Positions 12,791-27,444 of a stretch of 64,000 nucleotides of DNA are shown in pieces (the stretch's first letter is position 1; every line of letters starts with the position of its first letter). Below the pieces are notes generated by a model, which ran no database searches, was not told the origin of the DNA, and worked only from the letters and a program-made list of their open reading frames with translations. The translations under genes and the position numbers were made by a program. Origin of the DNA: Antedon mediterranea (lineage: Eukaryota > Animalia > Echinodermata); contig NC_092670.1 in the NCBI RefSeq assembly GCF_964355755.1, positions 12,634,795 through 12,698,794 on the forward strand, given 5' to 3'.

Positions 12791-14152
12791 CTACGACGTG
12801 ATCAATATAAATAAGCAGCTTCAGTATTTCACAGTCATTTTTTTAAATATATTTATTTAGCTCTAATGACTTAATTAACATTCATGCAAAACAGAATTTA
12901 GAAATACAGTGTTGTCTTTTAATTTGTTTGGTTAACAATTCATCTACACACAACATTCTTGTATTATATAAAGTTTCTTAAATTTAAACAGAAATCTGTT
13001 CCAGTACGTTTAGTTATGATGGTACTACCGACATACCGTACTTTTACATACATAAATATTGACATTTTACGGGTAGGCCTATTATTCATGACATGCACAC
13101 CCCATCAACTCTGAACTTCACTGGCATTCGAAGACCCCACCGTTGACCGTACCCTCGTCAGGGAACCCATTACTAAAGGACATAGCTGAGCGTGCGTGCG
13201 TAACGACACAAACTCCCGATGGATTCTGCCGTTACATTCATGTTGTATGCCTATGCAACAGATATTAGGCTATATTATCATACCTTAACGTTTAATAAAT
13301 GTGTGTCTTTATTCCATAGCACCCTTAGAAAAAAAAAACCCCACAGGGGACATCATTTAAGGGACTCTTCTATTCAGGAGACGCTTTCCCCTGAAACGAA
13401 CAAGGGGGAAAATGGAAACGGAAAACCCCTCCTATAATCAGTGGACACATTAGGCCCGTTCATACTTAGTTATTTAACCGGGTAAGTTTGTGACCACCCA
13501 CCAAAGTTAGCGATATACTGTGCCCATGAAACCAACTTAACCGAGCAAATAATTAAGTCTGAACTGGTTCTTAATTGTTGTAAATGAATTTCATAAATTT
13601 GGCCGAGGAGCGCATGAGCCCGCGCCTGATCCACCAATTTTGAAAATAGGTACGTTACTACAACTTTACTTAGCATTTTTATCACATACTGTATATCTAT
13701 CCCAAGGTCAATTTTGTGGCTTATTCCAAATTATGCGCCGTTAGAATGTAGCCTCCTTATCGATTTCACCAACAAATCGATTTCAAGAAGGGGACATTTT
13801 ATAGAATCAAGGTTACGTATGAAATGTTAATGAGGCTTAAGAAGGAACCATTGTAACGCTCGAGATTAGTGTAGAAAATCTCTCAAAGAGTAAAACAACA
13901 CTTACGATCGATTGGTTCAATGTAATCCGACAATAACATTGGATTTTCAGGTTACAACTAATAGTACTTGCTTGCTGAATAGTGTTGTTTTGTCTGCTGC
14001 TTGGTTAATTTTTTTAAATTTACAATATTTTGGGACCATAATGGAACTTAAAATATTTGTTTTTTGTTGTGTTTTTTTTATCCAATTTATTATAACAAGA
14101 AAGTCATTATAGTACTACTTTAAAGAATGATGATGCTTATTTGACGATGCGT

Positions 14153-14340
14153 AGGCCAATTTACACATACGAGCGGTAACGGTAAGCAGAAAACCGCGTA
14201 GCTTGTCCCACGTAGAATCTGTATCTATCCGAAGCGCGGAAACCGCCCGTCCGCTCAGCGTTGTGTGTAAAAATGGTCATAAGGAATAAAATAGATTCTA
14301 TATTGTATTACCGTTGCCGCTCGTCTGTGTAAATTGGCCT
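14153..14340. mobile_element. ~190-bp MITE (TIR AGGCCAATTTACACA.ACGAGCGG.AACGGTAA), Tourist/Harbinger-like
   Basis: Long inverted ends read directly. A second copy in opposite orientation lies at 18165-18321. Confidence 0.8.
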
Positions 14341-15344
14341 TTAAACGGAGGTCCAAGTGACATAAGACTTCAGGGTGTACGCATTGCCACCTCTCCTCAG
14401 TGTCCATTTGAGCTTGAGGATCAACATTAATAAATTTAATATTTACATATACTAAACATATACATCTATGACAAGCAAGCAAGGACAAAAAGTGTATATT
14501 GTTATTATACAATTATAATTAAATACTGATTCAATATTGAATGAAAAATGATTTGACGAATCCAAAACACTCATACTGTACACAAAAAAAGTAAAAAGAA
14601 TTGACCAAAAATTAATTATTATAGAGGGCTCTCTTCGAATGGAGATAGCAGAGGGGTTAACTAGATCGGGTCAAATCACACTCCAAGAAACACGAATATC
14701 TATCTGGTACAATTATGATTTAATTAACACCATAATGACAAAAATAAAGATAACAATTTACTTATCCAAGACTGTTTTTAATTTATAATTCACAAATGGT
14801 TTATAGGGGCGTTATCATTGAGTAGGCCTAATTATTAGGTTATATGGGACGTCCCATGAGACTTTTCTTAATGGTAGCCGTAATTTTATAAGTTTGTACA
14901 ACTTCGAAGAAGACGTGTTGAACACCAGGTCGTAATAATAATGTAGACCTCTGATGGAACGTGTCAATATCTATGATAGTCAACCTACATAAAGTTATAC
15001 ATAGTTAAATGTCATAGCTGTTGTCCAAACTAATAAATCAAATGATTTTAAATTCTTTGAACCGTAGCTAACCTGGCAAAAGTAGGTTACAGAAGGGACG
15101 CAACCAAGATCCCGCCTGGCAGATGGTCTAGACAAGCGCAGGTAGATTTGTGTAGCCTTCCTTAATTTTAGGGCTAAAGTAGACCTACATGAAAATGATT
15201 TCTCACCATCTATAATTATCACATTAATAGAATATTTCACGACATATCGTTACAGATTTGGCATCTAATAAATATCAATAAGACGAGATGTATTTTAACG
15301 AGCGATGGTGTGTGTTACTGTGTTAAAGGTAGCGGCATGAACAC

Positions 15345-15770
15345 GCTCGAGTGTGTTGATGTATTAAGTAATACGGGCGATTAGTTGGGGAACATTAAAC
15401 TTGGGAAAGTCCTTCCGAAGTCAATATAGACGCTCACTATGTTGATGTATTCAGTAATAGGGTCGATTAGGAGAACATTAAACTTTAGAATGAAAGTCCT
15501 TTCAAAGTCGATACAGACGCTCACTATGTTGATGTATTCAGTAATATTAGGGAACATTAAACTTGGGAAAGTCCTTTGGAAGTTAATATAGACGCTCACT
15601 ATGTTGATGTATTCAGTAATAGGGTCGATTAGGAGAACATTAAACGAAAGAAGGAAAGTCCTTTCAAAGTTAATATAGACGCTCACTATGTTGATGTGTT
15701 CAGTAATAGCGTCAATTAGGAGAACATTAAACGAAAGAAGGAAAGTTCTTTCAAAGTTAATATAGACATT
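15345..15770 (+). repeat. Tandem array of 75-87-bp units (GACGCTCACTATGTTGATGTATTCAGTAATA...AACATTAAAC), ~5 copies
   Basis: Unit starts near 15345, 15429, 15516, 15591 and 15678, with two alternating tail variants. Confidence 0.85.
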
Positions 15771-17504
15771 AATAGCACATTATGTTAGTTTCTTTGTTTC
15801 CATGACAATACAGCAATTCCTATTAACCTTAACAGTGATAACACGTAGGCCTACCCGTAATAACCGTATAAAATGTAGTAACAAAAAAGTAAGTACTGTA
15901 AAAGAAACTAGTATGTTATGACGTTCCAGAACCAGGTGTTTTTTTGTTATGGAACGCCAAACTATCATTTATTCGGAAAATAGAGATCCAGGTATCTTTT
16001 AACGAAGATATCTGTCCTCTTTTGTTTCTGAATGTTAAATTAAACATCAATTTTATAACTGAATTTCAATATAAAAGTGGGGCAAGACCGACAAAAAGAG
16101 GAGAGGAAAATCAGCAAATGATCAAGAAGATGTTCGAATAGGTATAAGGCATACTGATCAAACTTGCTTAAGGTATAAGTTCCAGGCACCTGCTGTTCGT
16201 CATGTCCACTATTACTTATATCTGACACTAATATTTATGTAAAGCCATAGTAAACCAAGAGCAGTGTATAGAAACAGACACTAACAAATTATCCAATTCG
16301 GTGTTAGATTCTGGATCCAAAGCCCCAAAACGTTTGTTTAACAGACATAAACTAAGTGCCTCCATAGTTAGTCTTACACGCAGTGCTGACTTCTTCTTTA
16401 GACTCAGAGTACAAATAAACAATTGTATTAGATGGAAGACTTCAGTCTTAGGTGTGGATGTCACGCAAACGATCTCGTTACAATCTCGTTACAAACACGC
16501 TTTGTAACGCGTGTGTTCTTCATTTTAATCGATGTACTTTTAAACACCGCCCTATAAAATAATGGCATTCGATGGCATGCATTGTTTTATCGCAGCGTGC
16601 TTGAATGACTTTCCAACATTCACGACCCGGTTAATATATCGAATGTTACTACAGTATTAAGTCGATTCTCGGTCTGTATCTGTAATTTAAAATAAATGTA
16701 ATAAAAAATACACATTGGCTAAATATGATACACATGTATATCACATATGACGCCTGTATCATAGCCGGGAGCATAGCACAACATTAATCATAACACAATA
16801 CAGGCATATGTGATGCATATGTGACACTGCATTATAGCATTTTTGACATGATACTGTACATTATAATGCGATTATTATTGTGGAGATTAGTACAATAAAA
16901 AATTCACCGATTTACCACCCGAGGCACCGTAACGAATCTACGTAGGCAAAATGTGATTTTTTCGACGATTGGAACAAAACATAAGAATTTATGATGACGT
17001 CATGACGGATCTGGCGGGGTATTCAAGGCAATATGAACATCAGACCACCGCGAAGAGAATGTTTCCTTTTCAGTATATTACCGTATTTATATTCTTTTAT
17101 ATTTGTTACTAATTTTCAAAAAAAAACATTACAATACCGACTTGACTGTATAAAAAAGATTTAGATTTAAATATATTAAACATTCCAATAGTCAATATTC
17201 AAAAGAAATTATTTTTGTTTTTTAACTAATAAGCAGAGAACCTAACCACTACAAGTTTTTGTTTAGAAACATCTCAAATTCAAATATATGTGTGTAGAGG
17301 CTACGTAAATTGACCAATAAGCGACAGTTGGTATTATAACCAACGCGTCGTCGTGATTGGTCAATACTGCGTTAGCCTTACGGCCTTTTGCTTTGGGTTT
17401 AAGTGCGAACCAAGCCTAAGATTTAAAAGAGAAAAATAAAGTGAGGTTATAGGTCAAATGAAACGGAAGTGACGTTTGTTTTTAGTCTCTTTAGTATTAA
17501 TTAA

Positions 17505-17529
17505 CATGGAGAAATATTATTTCTCCATG
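17505..17529. mobile_element. 25-bp palindrome; P-like footprint
   Basis: GTATTAA(TTAA)-CATGGAGAAATA T TATTTCTCCATG-GTATTAA. Confidence 0.55.
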
Positions 17530-18164
17530 GTATTAATATCGATCGACACTTTGCGCTCAAAACTTTTGAGACACCAGAGGGCGGTCAACCATGAAACTAC
17601 ACTACTCTCGGGACTAAATTGTATCTTCAACTATAGTAAGGAGGAGTATAAGAAGGAGTTTATACTTTCTTTCAATTTGATTTACAGTAAATAATTTTTC
17701 ACAAAGCAAATTTATCAAATCAATAAAACTGAAATCTAAATTTATATCAGTTTAGTTTAAATGTAAAAAAAAACCCATTTTTATTATTATTTTTTATGGC
17801 GTTCTCCCTTTTTAGGCCTATAAATTATAAATTCTACTTTTCTTTAAAATAATTTTTGAATTAAATAATTATATTAAGGACAAAATATGGATAAGACAAT
17901 CGTTTCGTAAAAATAATTATTTATTTGATTTATAATATTCGTTTTCCAGTTCAGTTCAAATGTTTCTATCAATTTGGAAGACTTGTTGTGGGTTTGACTC
18001 CAAATGAACTTCCCTGAGAAAGAACAAGGCAGCGCATTTTTATTGATGTTGTCCCTAAATAATGATGTTAAGAAAAAATGATAGATCCCTGTTTACCGGT
18101 TTGTCTCTTTCTGGGGAAAATTGGCTCCGTTCGTCGGTCTTCTCTTTCGAGGGGAAGAAGTGTA

Positions 18165-18321
18165 AGGCCAATTTTTACAGTTATAATGTTATATTCTTAT
18201 GGCCATCAAAACGCGGAGTGGACGGCCGGTTTCCGATCAGGATAGATACAGATTCTGTGCGGGACAAGCTACGCGGTTTTGCCGCTTACCGCCGTTACTG
18301 CTCGTCTGTATAAATTGGCCT
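18165..18321. mobile_element. Second, inverted and partly deleted copy of the 14153 MITE
   Basis: GATAGATACAGATTCT...GGGACAAGCTACGCGGTTTT is the reverse complement of the 14153 interior. Ends are AGGCCAATT/AATTGGCCT. Confidence 0.75.
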
Positions 18322-20937
18322 TAAGTTTAATATTCCCAGCGCTAACTTTAAATACAACACTGTATCACAGAAACATTCAGTAAACAGTATCTCATGTGGC
18401 ACCTGTGTTCCTAACTGGAAAAGAAATTTAGATACAGAACCGAGAATCGAGTGAGTTTGAAGCTGGTTTTGCAATTTTGTAAGTACTGAATTTCAAAATT
18501 TATACTTGATGCACAAAACTGTTTTATCACAATTTTTACTTTGTTATCATCCGGATTCTGTTTACAGAACATTTTAATTTATCACGTCAGATGATCTTTT
18601 ATTATAATGTCCTCACACATAATATAACATTAATTCGTTTGATACGTCACTGCTATAATAAATAACACTGACATGAAGTCAAGTTCATGGCAATAATGAT
18701 GCACTTCTGTATGCCTCTTGGACTCCCTGGACGGTAATCTAGCCTGGGAGCTACCCCCACCAGACTGTACGGTTCACAGAGGCGTGGCACCCACACGGAT
18801 TTGCCAATCATCTCCGGTTACTTTATAGTACGTGATTGTTGGTAAATTATTCTAAGCGATGACTCAACACAATTTTAATAGCCTAAAGCCAGTTTGTAGG
18901 CCTACAATGCCGAGCGCTGCTCTGCGTTTGCGCAATAGTTTGAGGGGTAAGAAGTCACATCATTTGCGACAAGGTGACGCGTTTATCCGTCAGCGACGCT
19001 ACGAAGTGACACTAACGATGGATAAATAGCACATTAATTTATGCTATAGCATACGCCACCAAACACTACGATACGCATGTGGATGAAATGGATTTTGTTT
19101 TTTCACTAATGTTTATCCTATATTTACACTCCTTAAGATTAAACTACACATTTTAATAGCTCAATTTTCTAGCTTTCGTCTTTACATTTAAAGTAAATAT
19201 CTAAGTGACAATTTCATTATTCTGAAATTTAAGTTGTGCTAATAGGGGTTTTTTAATTAAGTAGTACTGTACTTAATCGCGTTTTTTCATAAAAACGTCA
19301 TGTGTCGTCAACGCCGATAAATTGGGGACGCCAGGAATCTTTCAAATCTATGGAACGGCGTTCCATACAAATCAGAAATGATGTTGAAATAATGTGACGT
19401 TCATATTTCCATAATTTGTTTGCGAAATTTGAATTTTTCCGATTGAATTACAATTCATAAAAGCATTTTATATTAGGTGCACATGCGCGAAATTATCCCA
19501 CATACATCGTAATTTACATATATGCGCGCGCAGCTCTAGATCGTGCAGACATAGGAATGTACGTGAAAAGCGTGCATGGTGAGGAGATTTAGGCTGTACA
19601 TGCAACCAACATGCAAGTGTGTTTGTATACAAATAAAAAAAAACACAAAAACTAGGTCAAAGTACGTAATTATTTGAACCATTAAAATCACACCAGAACA
19701 AACGTGATTCTGTAATGTTCCCCCACGAAATTATAAACAACATTTCAAACAATCAAGAAAAACATCTGTTTTATGAAAAATATTTTCACCACATAGTCGA
19801 GATGTACATATTTGATCTTTGGAGTCAACTGTTTTCTCTTTGAAATAATTAAATTATGATTAAGGTGTTAACGCTATTTACACGTTATAAACGGGTTATG
19901 GAGCTATAACATCCGTGACTTCCAATCTATATTGAAAGGTTCAAGAAAAATGATGCCAAGCTTTGAAATTGACAAACACCGCACATGGAACAAAATCAAT
20001 AAACACACCATCTTGCTGACATACATTTGAATGTAGGCCCTACGTCTTCGTTTCTACTACATAACACCACTTTAAAAACATCTAAATACACTCGACGCTA
20101 ATTCGTTTATTTTGCTTCTTAACCAACGTCTTTTTTAAATGATTTTTTTCAATACATTTATACACATAATTGCGTATTGGTAGGCGCTAATCACAGTATC
20201 ATTAGTCAAATGCCTAAACAGGATTCGAACCCAATCAAGTCTTTCAACGCGCCCTTAACCACAAGGTAAACAGGTGTGCACGATTCTAGTGTAAATAAGT
20301 GATCGAGAATGTCCGAAAAGTTCCAATAAAAACACGATAACGTACCTCATAATATAATGTAGACCTATTTTTCTTCTCACATGGCCTATACAATTGTACA
20401 TTATGCTCAGAAAAGGTAGTTTTTAGAACGCATTTTTACCACGTTTTAAAAAATAAATTTTAAGTTTTTTGGTTAAAAACACGTGTTTATTACTAACCGT
20501 TTGAAACACGTGTTTCCGAAGAGAATTCCTTCTCGTTATATTGTATAGGTGTAATAAATCCTAAAACACTAACAATTAACTACGGCAGAAAGGTTGAACA
20601 TGAATTTCGCAGGCCACCTAAATATTACCGTATAAGTAACGTTTGGATCAAGAGAGGTGACATAATAGATAGGGGGCTAATAATCGTTTCATAATTACTG
20701 GTTTTAGAAACGAGTTTGTTTTGGGGGTTTTTCGATACAAACTTGCTAATCCACTACACTGTTTACGAACTCCTCGCAGGCTAATGTTTAGAGTGTGTAA
20801 AGTTAAACTAAAATGTTCAATATCAATCACTCAAATCTTTCAACTGTTCAATAAATTCAATAAATATGACAGTTACATTTGTTTAGCAAAAAATATTCAC
20901 CTTGTGTTATTAACATGATATACACCGGGGGAAAACT

Positions 20938-21329
20938 GGTTGTTTCAACTTCACACGTTGTTGAAACTTCGTGTTCACACGTTGTTGCAAGTTCGCGTTC
21001 ACACTTTGTTTCAATTTTGCGTTCACACGTTGTTGCAGCTTCACATTCACACGTTTCGCGTTCACACATTCACACGTTGTTGCAACTTCGCGTTCACACT
21101 TTGTTTCAATTTTGCGTTTACATGTTGTTGCAACTTCACGTTCACACGTTGTTGAAACTTCGTGTTCACACGTTGTTTCAGCTTCACATTCAAACGTTGT
21201 TGAAACTTCGCGTTCACATGTTGTTGCAACTTCGCGTACACACGATGTTGTTGCAACCTCGCGTTCACACGTTGTTGCAACTTCGCGTACACACGTTGTT
21301 GTTGCAACTTCGCGTTCACACGTTGTTGC
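20938..21329 (+). repeat. 24-bp minisatellite (CACGTTGTTGCAACTTCGCGTTCA), ~16 copies
   Basis: Direct reading. It explains the cluster of repetitive ORFs on both strands. Confidence 0.92.
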
Positions 21330-22018
21330 TATTAAGTCCAAAGGTCATTCTGTGTACTCTATGTTTCTAAGCGTACGCAGAATGACGTTTCGACTCGACA
21401 GTTGCGTAGTTGCTGGCGTTGCGAAGAAGAGTGCGGCTGTTTGTGTCGGAAATATAACTACTCTCTCTCTCTTACTGGCAAACACTTTTATCTTGTTTCT
21501 GCAATTCTTAAAACAAACCTATATAGTATATATTATCGTTCGGTTCCGTGATCGGTTTGAGATAACTTAAAAACCAACTTTATAAAGTCAAGCCTTTGAC
21601 AAAAACGGGAAGTGCATAGTAGTTTCCCAGGCTTTCACTCACTGTACTCAATTATTAAGTTAGCTTAAAGAGTACTGTGGGAATGCTGCTAATATTAAAC
21701 AATTAAATTAATGGCGGACCCAATATATTCCCAAAATAGGAATAAATTCAAACATTGTCGTTCTACAAATAGTATTAAAATTGTACAAGTCACATTATTT
21801 ATTTATTTATTGACCATTGATATTTTGATAGAGAACATCAAAAAGTTTGGTGTCAAAGGACCAAGATAGATGGAGGAGAGTCGGAGGAATTGACATTAAA
21901 CTGTGGTATGATGAAATAAACAAATCAATTTCAACTGACAAGCTTTAACAAATAACACTTGTAACTGTTTCTTTATGAGAAACATAAGAAGACCAATGGC
22001 CGATTAAACTTGAGCTTT

Positions 22019-22368
22019 AAGCTTGGTTCCCATTAGTGGACGCAACGCAAGGGTTTACGCGCAACACAAATGAATTAGCCAATTACGAAAGCGTGGTTCA
22101 TTCATTCATTCTTTATTTAGCCTTCAAAATCGAAATACATTTATACATAGGTAACAAAATCAAGACACATGGAAATCTAAGGAGGCAAGGATAAGAGACG
22201 CAACGCAATGACTTACGCAAGCGAGTTGACCAATGAGCCACTGTTCGACATCGCTTTTGATTGGTCAAACCTTTTCGTCACGTCCTTGCGTTGCGTCGCT
22301 AGTGGGAACCAAGCTTTACGTTGTTGCGCCTACGTCCTTGCGTTGCGTCCTAGTAAGATCCAAGTTTA
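22019..22368. mobile_element. Nested or composite copies of a palindromic MITE family (TIR AGCTTGGTTCCCACTAG; core GACCAATSACAAGCGA...TCGCTTGTGATTGGTC)
   Basis: One left end and two right ends. Other family fragments lie at ~9262-9310, 17300-17417, 23420-23558, 26184-26378, 31150-31260 and 47298-47436. Confidence 0.75.
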
Positions 22369-25300
22369 TAAACGTATGTAACCTATTATAACGTTGGTTT
22401 TTAATTGTCCTTATGTTAGACAAACGATGGACTAGTTTGAGCATATAAAATAGAAACGAGGTACAGAAATTAATCTCTATAATATTTATACAATAATTAT
22501 ATTTATTTGCTTTTCTATTTTTTGGGCCCTACTACTGTATGTTAAATTCATTAGGATATTGGTTCAAGTAGTACAAGTTCAAATATGTTTCGTCATTAAT
22601 TACTGTAGTTACTTATTCAATAAAGTTAAATTTTCTAATTTTGTATATCTTATAGTTATACGAAACTAAAAAAAAAATAATTCATAAATATTTCCGGTGT
22701 TGGGGCGGAGGTGAAACTCGACTCTAATCAAAGGGCAAACAAACGCCATTGGGCTTGTACGTACGTGTCATTTTTTTTAAACTGCAAATTTGTAAAATTT
22801 TGTATAATTCAATTTTTTCCAACAGTTATTAATATTATCGGATCCAAATAATTTAAATTTATACTTTTTCCATCCATTGTAGTCTGACTTTTGTTCTTGA
22901 GTGTCTGACTTTAATTTTAAAATGTCAATTCAACTAACGATTTAACTTTAAAAAAAAATAAGGAAAACTCACATTCTTTTGTCGGTCAAGGATTTCCCAA
23001 AAAAAGCAGTAAAAACTGGAAAAAAAATTGGTAAAATATTGCCTTTGACAGCAACCTGCAGACATCTAATTATTCTCTATGGTTTCATATGATAGTTAAA
23101 ATCACTCCAACGCAGAGAATAAATGTGTTTTTAGGAAGCACGTTCAGTTTAGGCTAATGGTGTGATGTTATGTTTACTCAGACGACAAGCGAGAATCTTT
23201 TATGAACTCAAAATGAACATTTTCGAATCATACTATTTTGTCTTTTTTTGGATGGGAGGGGATGGGTAGGGGAGGACCTTTTCTTCAAGAGATAAAGTAA
23301 AATCTGGGAAGAGTGTAATTAACGGTCATCTTCATAACCTATTGATGGTTTGTAAAGTAATGCAACAGCAACGCAACGACAAAGCCATGGCGCGCCTTGC
23401 GTAGCTTACGTCTTGCGTGTGAACTAGACAGTGGCGTAACGCAAGTAAGATGACCAATCACAAGCGAAAGTTCGGAGAATTCTTCGCTTTTCAATTGGTC
23501 AAATTACTTAGAGGGGAGGGGTAACGTTCTTTTCGCCTCCAAGTGGAAACCAAACTTGATAAATAGGCCTACCGTAAGCTCAGATATTACAACATTTATT
23601 TATTTATATGGATTTACACCTTTAGATCGGTGACATACTCATAACACAAAAGTGCATCCTTCAAAATAACAATATAAAATATAACATATAAAATACTAAA
23701 GAGAAAAAAAAATTTAAAAAAAAGAAAGATCTTTCATATGTTTTCTTGTGCATGGAAAATAAATGTCATTAAATTGAAAACACATCACACTAGCATAAAC
23801 AGGCCAGTTAGAATTAAAGTACATACGAATTTCAGTGAAAATCAAATAAAATTGGGACGGCGGTCGCGCGCGAATCAATGGAATCAATGCGTCATTTGGC
23901 TACCTGTCTAAGGCATACTGTACTTCAGTATTTTGATTTGAATTCATTTTTGTACTATCAAAATCTCCCATGAGGTTGATACAGGTACTCTGTGGGGGTA
24001 AACCAATTATTATGTTAAGATCAAAAGCGTTTATTTATTACATGACGTACGATGAAAACAATCATAAAGCATTGTCAGAAGATAAAATTAATAGTTTTGA
24101 GGTAGAAGTTGAAATCATTATTCCAACAATGGAGTAGAATAAAACAACCAGGATATAACGTACTTTTATTATATGCCTCTTTCATCAAAACATTGTGTTT
24201 TGCGGTTCAAACTGTCATAAAAATAATAGAAAATCGAAATCAATAAATTGTGAAACACAACATAAAAGACTCCTGGGTTGGTTCAAAACTAATCAGACGA
24301 CATTTGAGATTAAATATTGTCAAATTGTTAACATAATTATGATAGTTTTAAATTGATCAATTTTAAAATAAGATACCGAGATAAATATGCATTTAATATT
24401 AAATATTATATAATATAACAATAATATTTTCACAAGTCCAATCAAATGACGTCATGATTAGTAAGAGCAATAATATCGTAACAATATGAAACAATGATTT
24501 TATTGTTCTTATTGATCATGACGTCATTTGAAAAAAATAATATTATAATTTTAGCAGCATAAATGGTTTTCAATAACAGTTAGCCTAATACTTTAATAAA
24601 AGCGTAATTTATATTGTTGTAAAGATTAAATTGTGTAAGATTGTCCAAAATGAATATTATGCAATTTTTATTTACTTTTCTTCGGCCACACTACCGATAC
24701 GAAAGTTGTAAATAATATAAAATGTCGTTAAAAATTAAATGAAAAATATCTAAATTGACTGATAATAGGCCTAAAGCCAATTTCATTGCATCAATATATT
24801 ATCTTCTATTTTGTATGCGAAGAACAAAACAATAATATTACATTGCAACCATACATACATAAACAATTTTAATAACAAACAATTTCTTTTTCCAAGAAAT
24901 ATCAATTATATGAAATAACCCCAACGACACTGAAGGACAAATACTGCTTGCATTGGTGGTTTTAAAGTTCAACTTAATAATATTACCTAAACGTTATGGC
25001 AATAGACTCTACTTGACAGGAGGCATTATAATAACATAATGATGATAATGATATGAAACCATCTACCTTGAAACATTAGACACTCATGCATTAATTGTTC
25101 ACTTGTTTTGATCCTTAATTTGATTCTTAATTTCCCCTTTGACCGTTCCAACTTCCATAAGCAATATTGGAATGGCGCTATTGAATACAAAACAAATTTG
25201 ACTAAGTAAAGATAGGCCTACAGCGGAACCAACCCCCCTCTTGTTGGACACGCCTGTTCATTTAACACCCCTATAGATATTAAGGGTGAACATTACCATG

Positions 25301-26183
25301 ATACACCAACGAGGGCAATACTTTCTAACACTACGACCAATTCTACAGAGGACCTTCTATTAAGGGAACACAGTGTAAGTAAATTCTATAGATACATTTT
25401 GTGACGGCAGTCTTCCACATTGATATGTGACAACTAACAGAATTGAAACGAGTTTTCCCTAAATTTAAAAAGAATGTAGGCCTAAAAAAAGACAATCTGA
25501 TGATACTTCACCTAACCTAAAAAAAGGCATCGAATTTATTTTTTTTTCTTATAATAAAACTTTCTTGGGATTTTTCGCACATAAAGTGTCAAATACTATA
25601 ATGAGCTGTCTGCCAAGATTTACGCGGGCTTCTAGTACGATTACATTGTACGGTAATTCTAAAGCGTTGGGGGGATAAAACCGTAAAGGAAGAGTACAAA
25701 CCGGACGGCTAGGCTAACCTGTTTTAAATTAAAGCAAGCGCGGGGGTTAGGTACTTAGGGAAAACACCGAACAACAATGGTCCAAATATTCTTTTGATTG
25801 ATACGGACATTTAGTACTACAAACATAACACAGTGTGTATTTATTATCTAATTGGGCACTTATCACTATAAAGAAATCATATTGAATTGAATATAGTCAT
25901 AATATATACATTTGGCAAGTTTCTTGCCAGCGGCTTTAGTGCGGTATCACGCAACTCACCACCTGTTCGACGTACCCTTTCATTTCCTTCTACGACACTG
26001 ACATTCGCCAAGCTATTGTGTGTCCACACCGGTACAGTATTACATAAAGTAGTACTACACACTACATTGACATACATTATTGCAATGTCACCAACATCCG
26101 CATAAACCATTAGAATTTTGATCGTATTGTGTGCGAACATGTTGACTTTTACCGCTACGACGGATTACCGTACGGATTGCGTA

Positions 26184-26378
26184 AAGCTTGGTTCTCACTA
26201 GGACGTACCACAAGGACGTAAACGCAACACAAGCTAGTTGACCAATGACAGACTACATTTAATGTTCTACGGTATGTAGTAAAATTACTTGCGTTGTTGC
26301 GTTTACGTTCGGTACGGTTGCGTTTACGTTCGGTACGGTTGCGTTTACGTTCGGTACGGTTGCGTACTAGTGGAAAAA
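26184..26378. mobile_element. MITE of the AGCTTGGTTCCCACTAG family with an internal 21-bp triplication (GTTGCGTTTACGTTCGGTACG)
   Basis: Left end AGCTTGGTTCTCACTAG, right end CTAGTGGAAA. The triplet spans ~26296-26364. Confidence 0.72.
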
Positions 26379-26825
26379 CGCGGAGTCTACACATGTAAAT
26401 GGTATACAAATAGGTCTATCGCCCATTATTACAAGTAACGCTAATCTATTTACGTATTGTATTTTTTCCTTTCGTACACTTTGTTTTATTCCATTTACGT
26501 CATGAATGTTACCACATTCACTTCGATTTTCAACAATTCAGGGACAGTTTTTAATTAAGCGCAATAGGAATTACACATTATTATATTATTATTATTATTA
26601 TACACATTTATCATCCAAAAATGAACACAAATAAAAAATATACTCTCGAACCCGTGACTTCATTTCATACTATAACACCACGTTTACACTTCGATTGAGA
26701 TGGAGTTTAAATAAGTAGCAAACTGAAAGTGTATGTACAATAGAGGGCTCACTTCTAAATTTTACAATTTTCTTCAACTGAACGATGAAACACACACGCA
26801 CACAAACTCATGTTAAGTCTGCAAA

Positions 26826-26831
26826 TTTATT
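26826..26831 (-). terminator. Candidate CCDC43 polyadenylation signal AATAAA
   Basis: AATAAA on the minus strand ~620 nt past the stop, followed ~25 nt later by GU-rich TGTGCGTGTGTGTTT. A second AATAAA sits at 26863-26868. Confidence 0.4.
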
Positions 26832-27444
26832 TTAAGATACAATAAACAAAAACAATTCAGCATTTATTTAATGTGTACCATACTTAAAATGGCTGGTTCA
26901 TCAGAGAAATATTTCCACAATTTCTAATTGCCAACCATAAGCATTTTTAAAAATGCATAGTACATGGCAAAAAATAGGCTTACAAGCTGAAAGAAAACTG
27001 GTTGAGCAAGTGCTTCCAGCTGTTATAAAATAAATTATTAATTTCTAAAACAGCACACATATGCAAGTGGTATAATAATTGATCATCTATACACAGGATC
27101 CCAATATTTTAACTATGGGACGTTTATCATTGTACAGTATAACAACATGTTCTTCTTAATTGTATATTTAGTCATAAAGTAGAACACCAACTTGGTGCCA
27201 ATATGGTTCAATTTAGGGTATTATTTCTTGCAGCAATTTTGTAATTGATATGTTAATTACATTTTAAAATAACATAGCATAGTTTTCATTCACATCTACA
27301 GGGTACAGGTTAGAGCACTCTTCCCACTCCTCCGCCTACCATAAATAAATACTGCCAATCAAATACCATTACTATCTTGGTTTTCAGATGGCCCCCATTT
27401 CATCTAATTTGGTTAAATAAATTGGTCATAAACATTAGCAAATG

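Noticed and set aside
11586-15770. Regularly spaced repeats as possible CRISPR arrays
   Set aside because: The units are fully repeated with no unique spacers, there are no cas genes, and the context is eukaryotic.
16040-16464. Two adjacent minus-strand ORFs with less AT-biased sequence
   Set aside because: No recognisable protein similarity or consistent splice sites. It could be non-coding exon sequence, but that cannot be supported here.
20857-21570. Long ORFs (up to 199 aa) with ATTCEREV / HTLLQLRV repeats
   Set aside because: The 24-bp minisatellite is open in nearly all frames on both strands, so ORF length is not evidence of coding.
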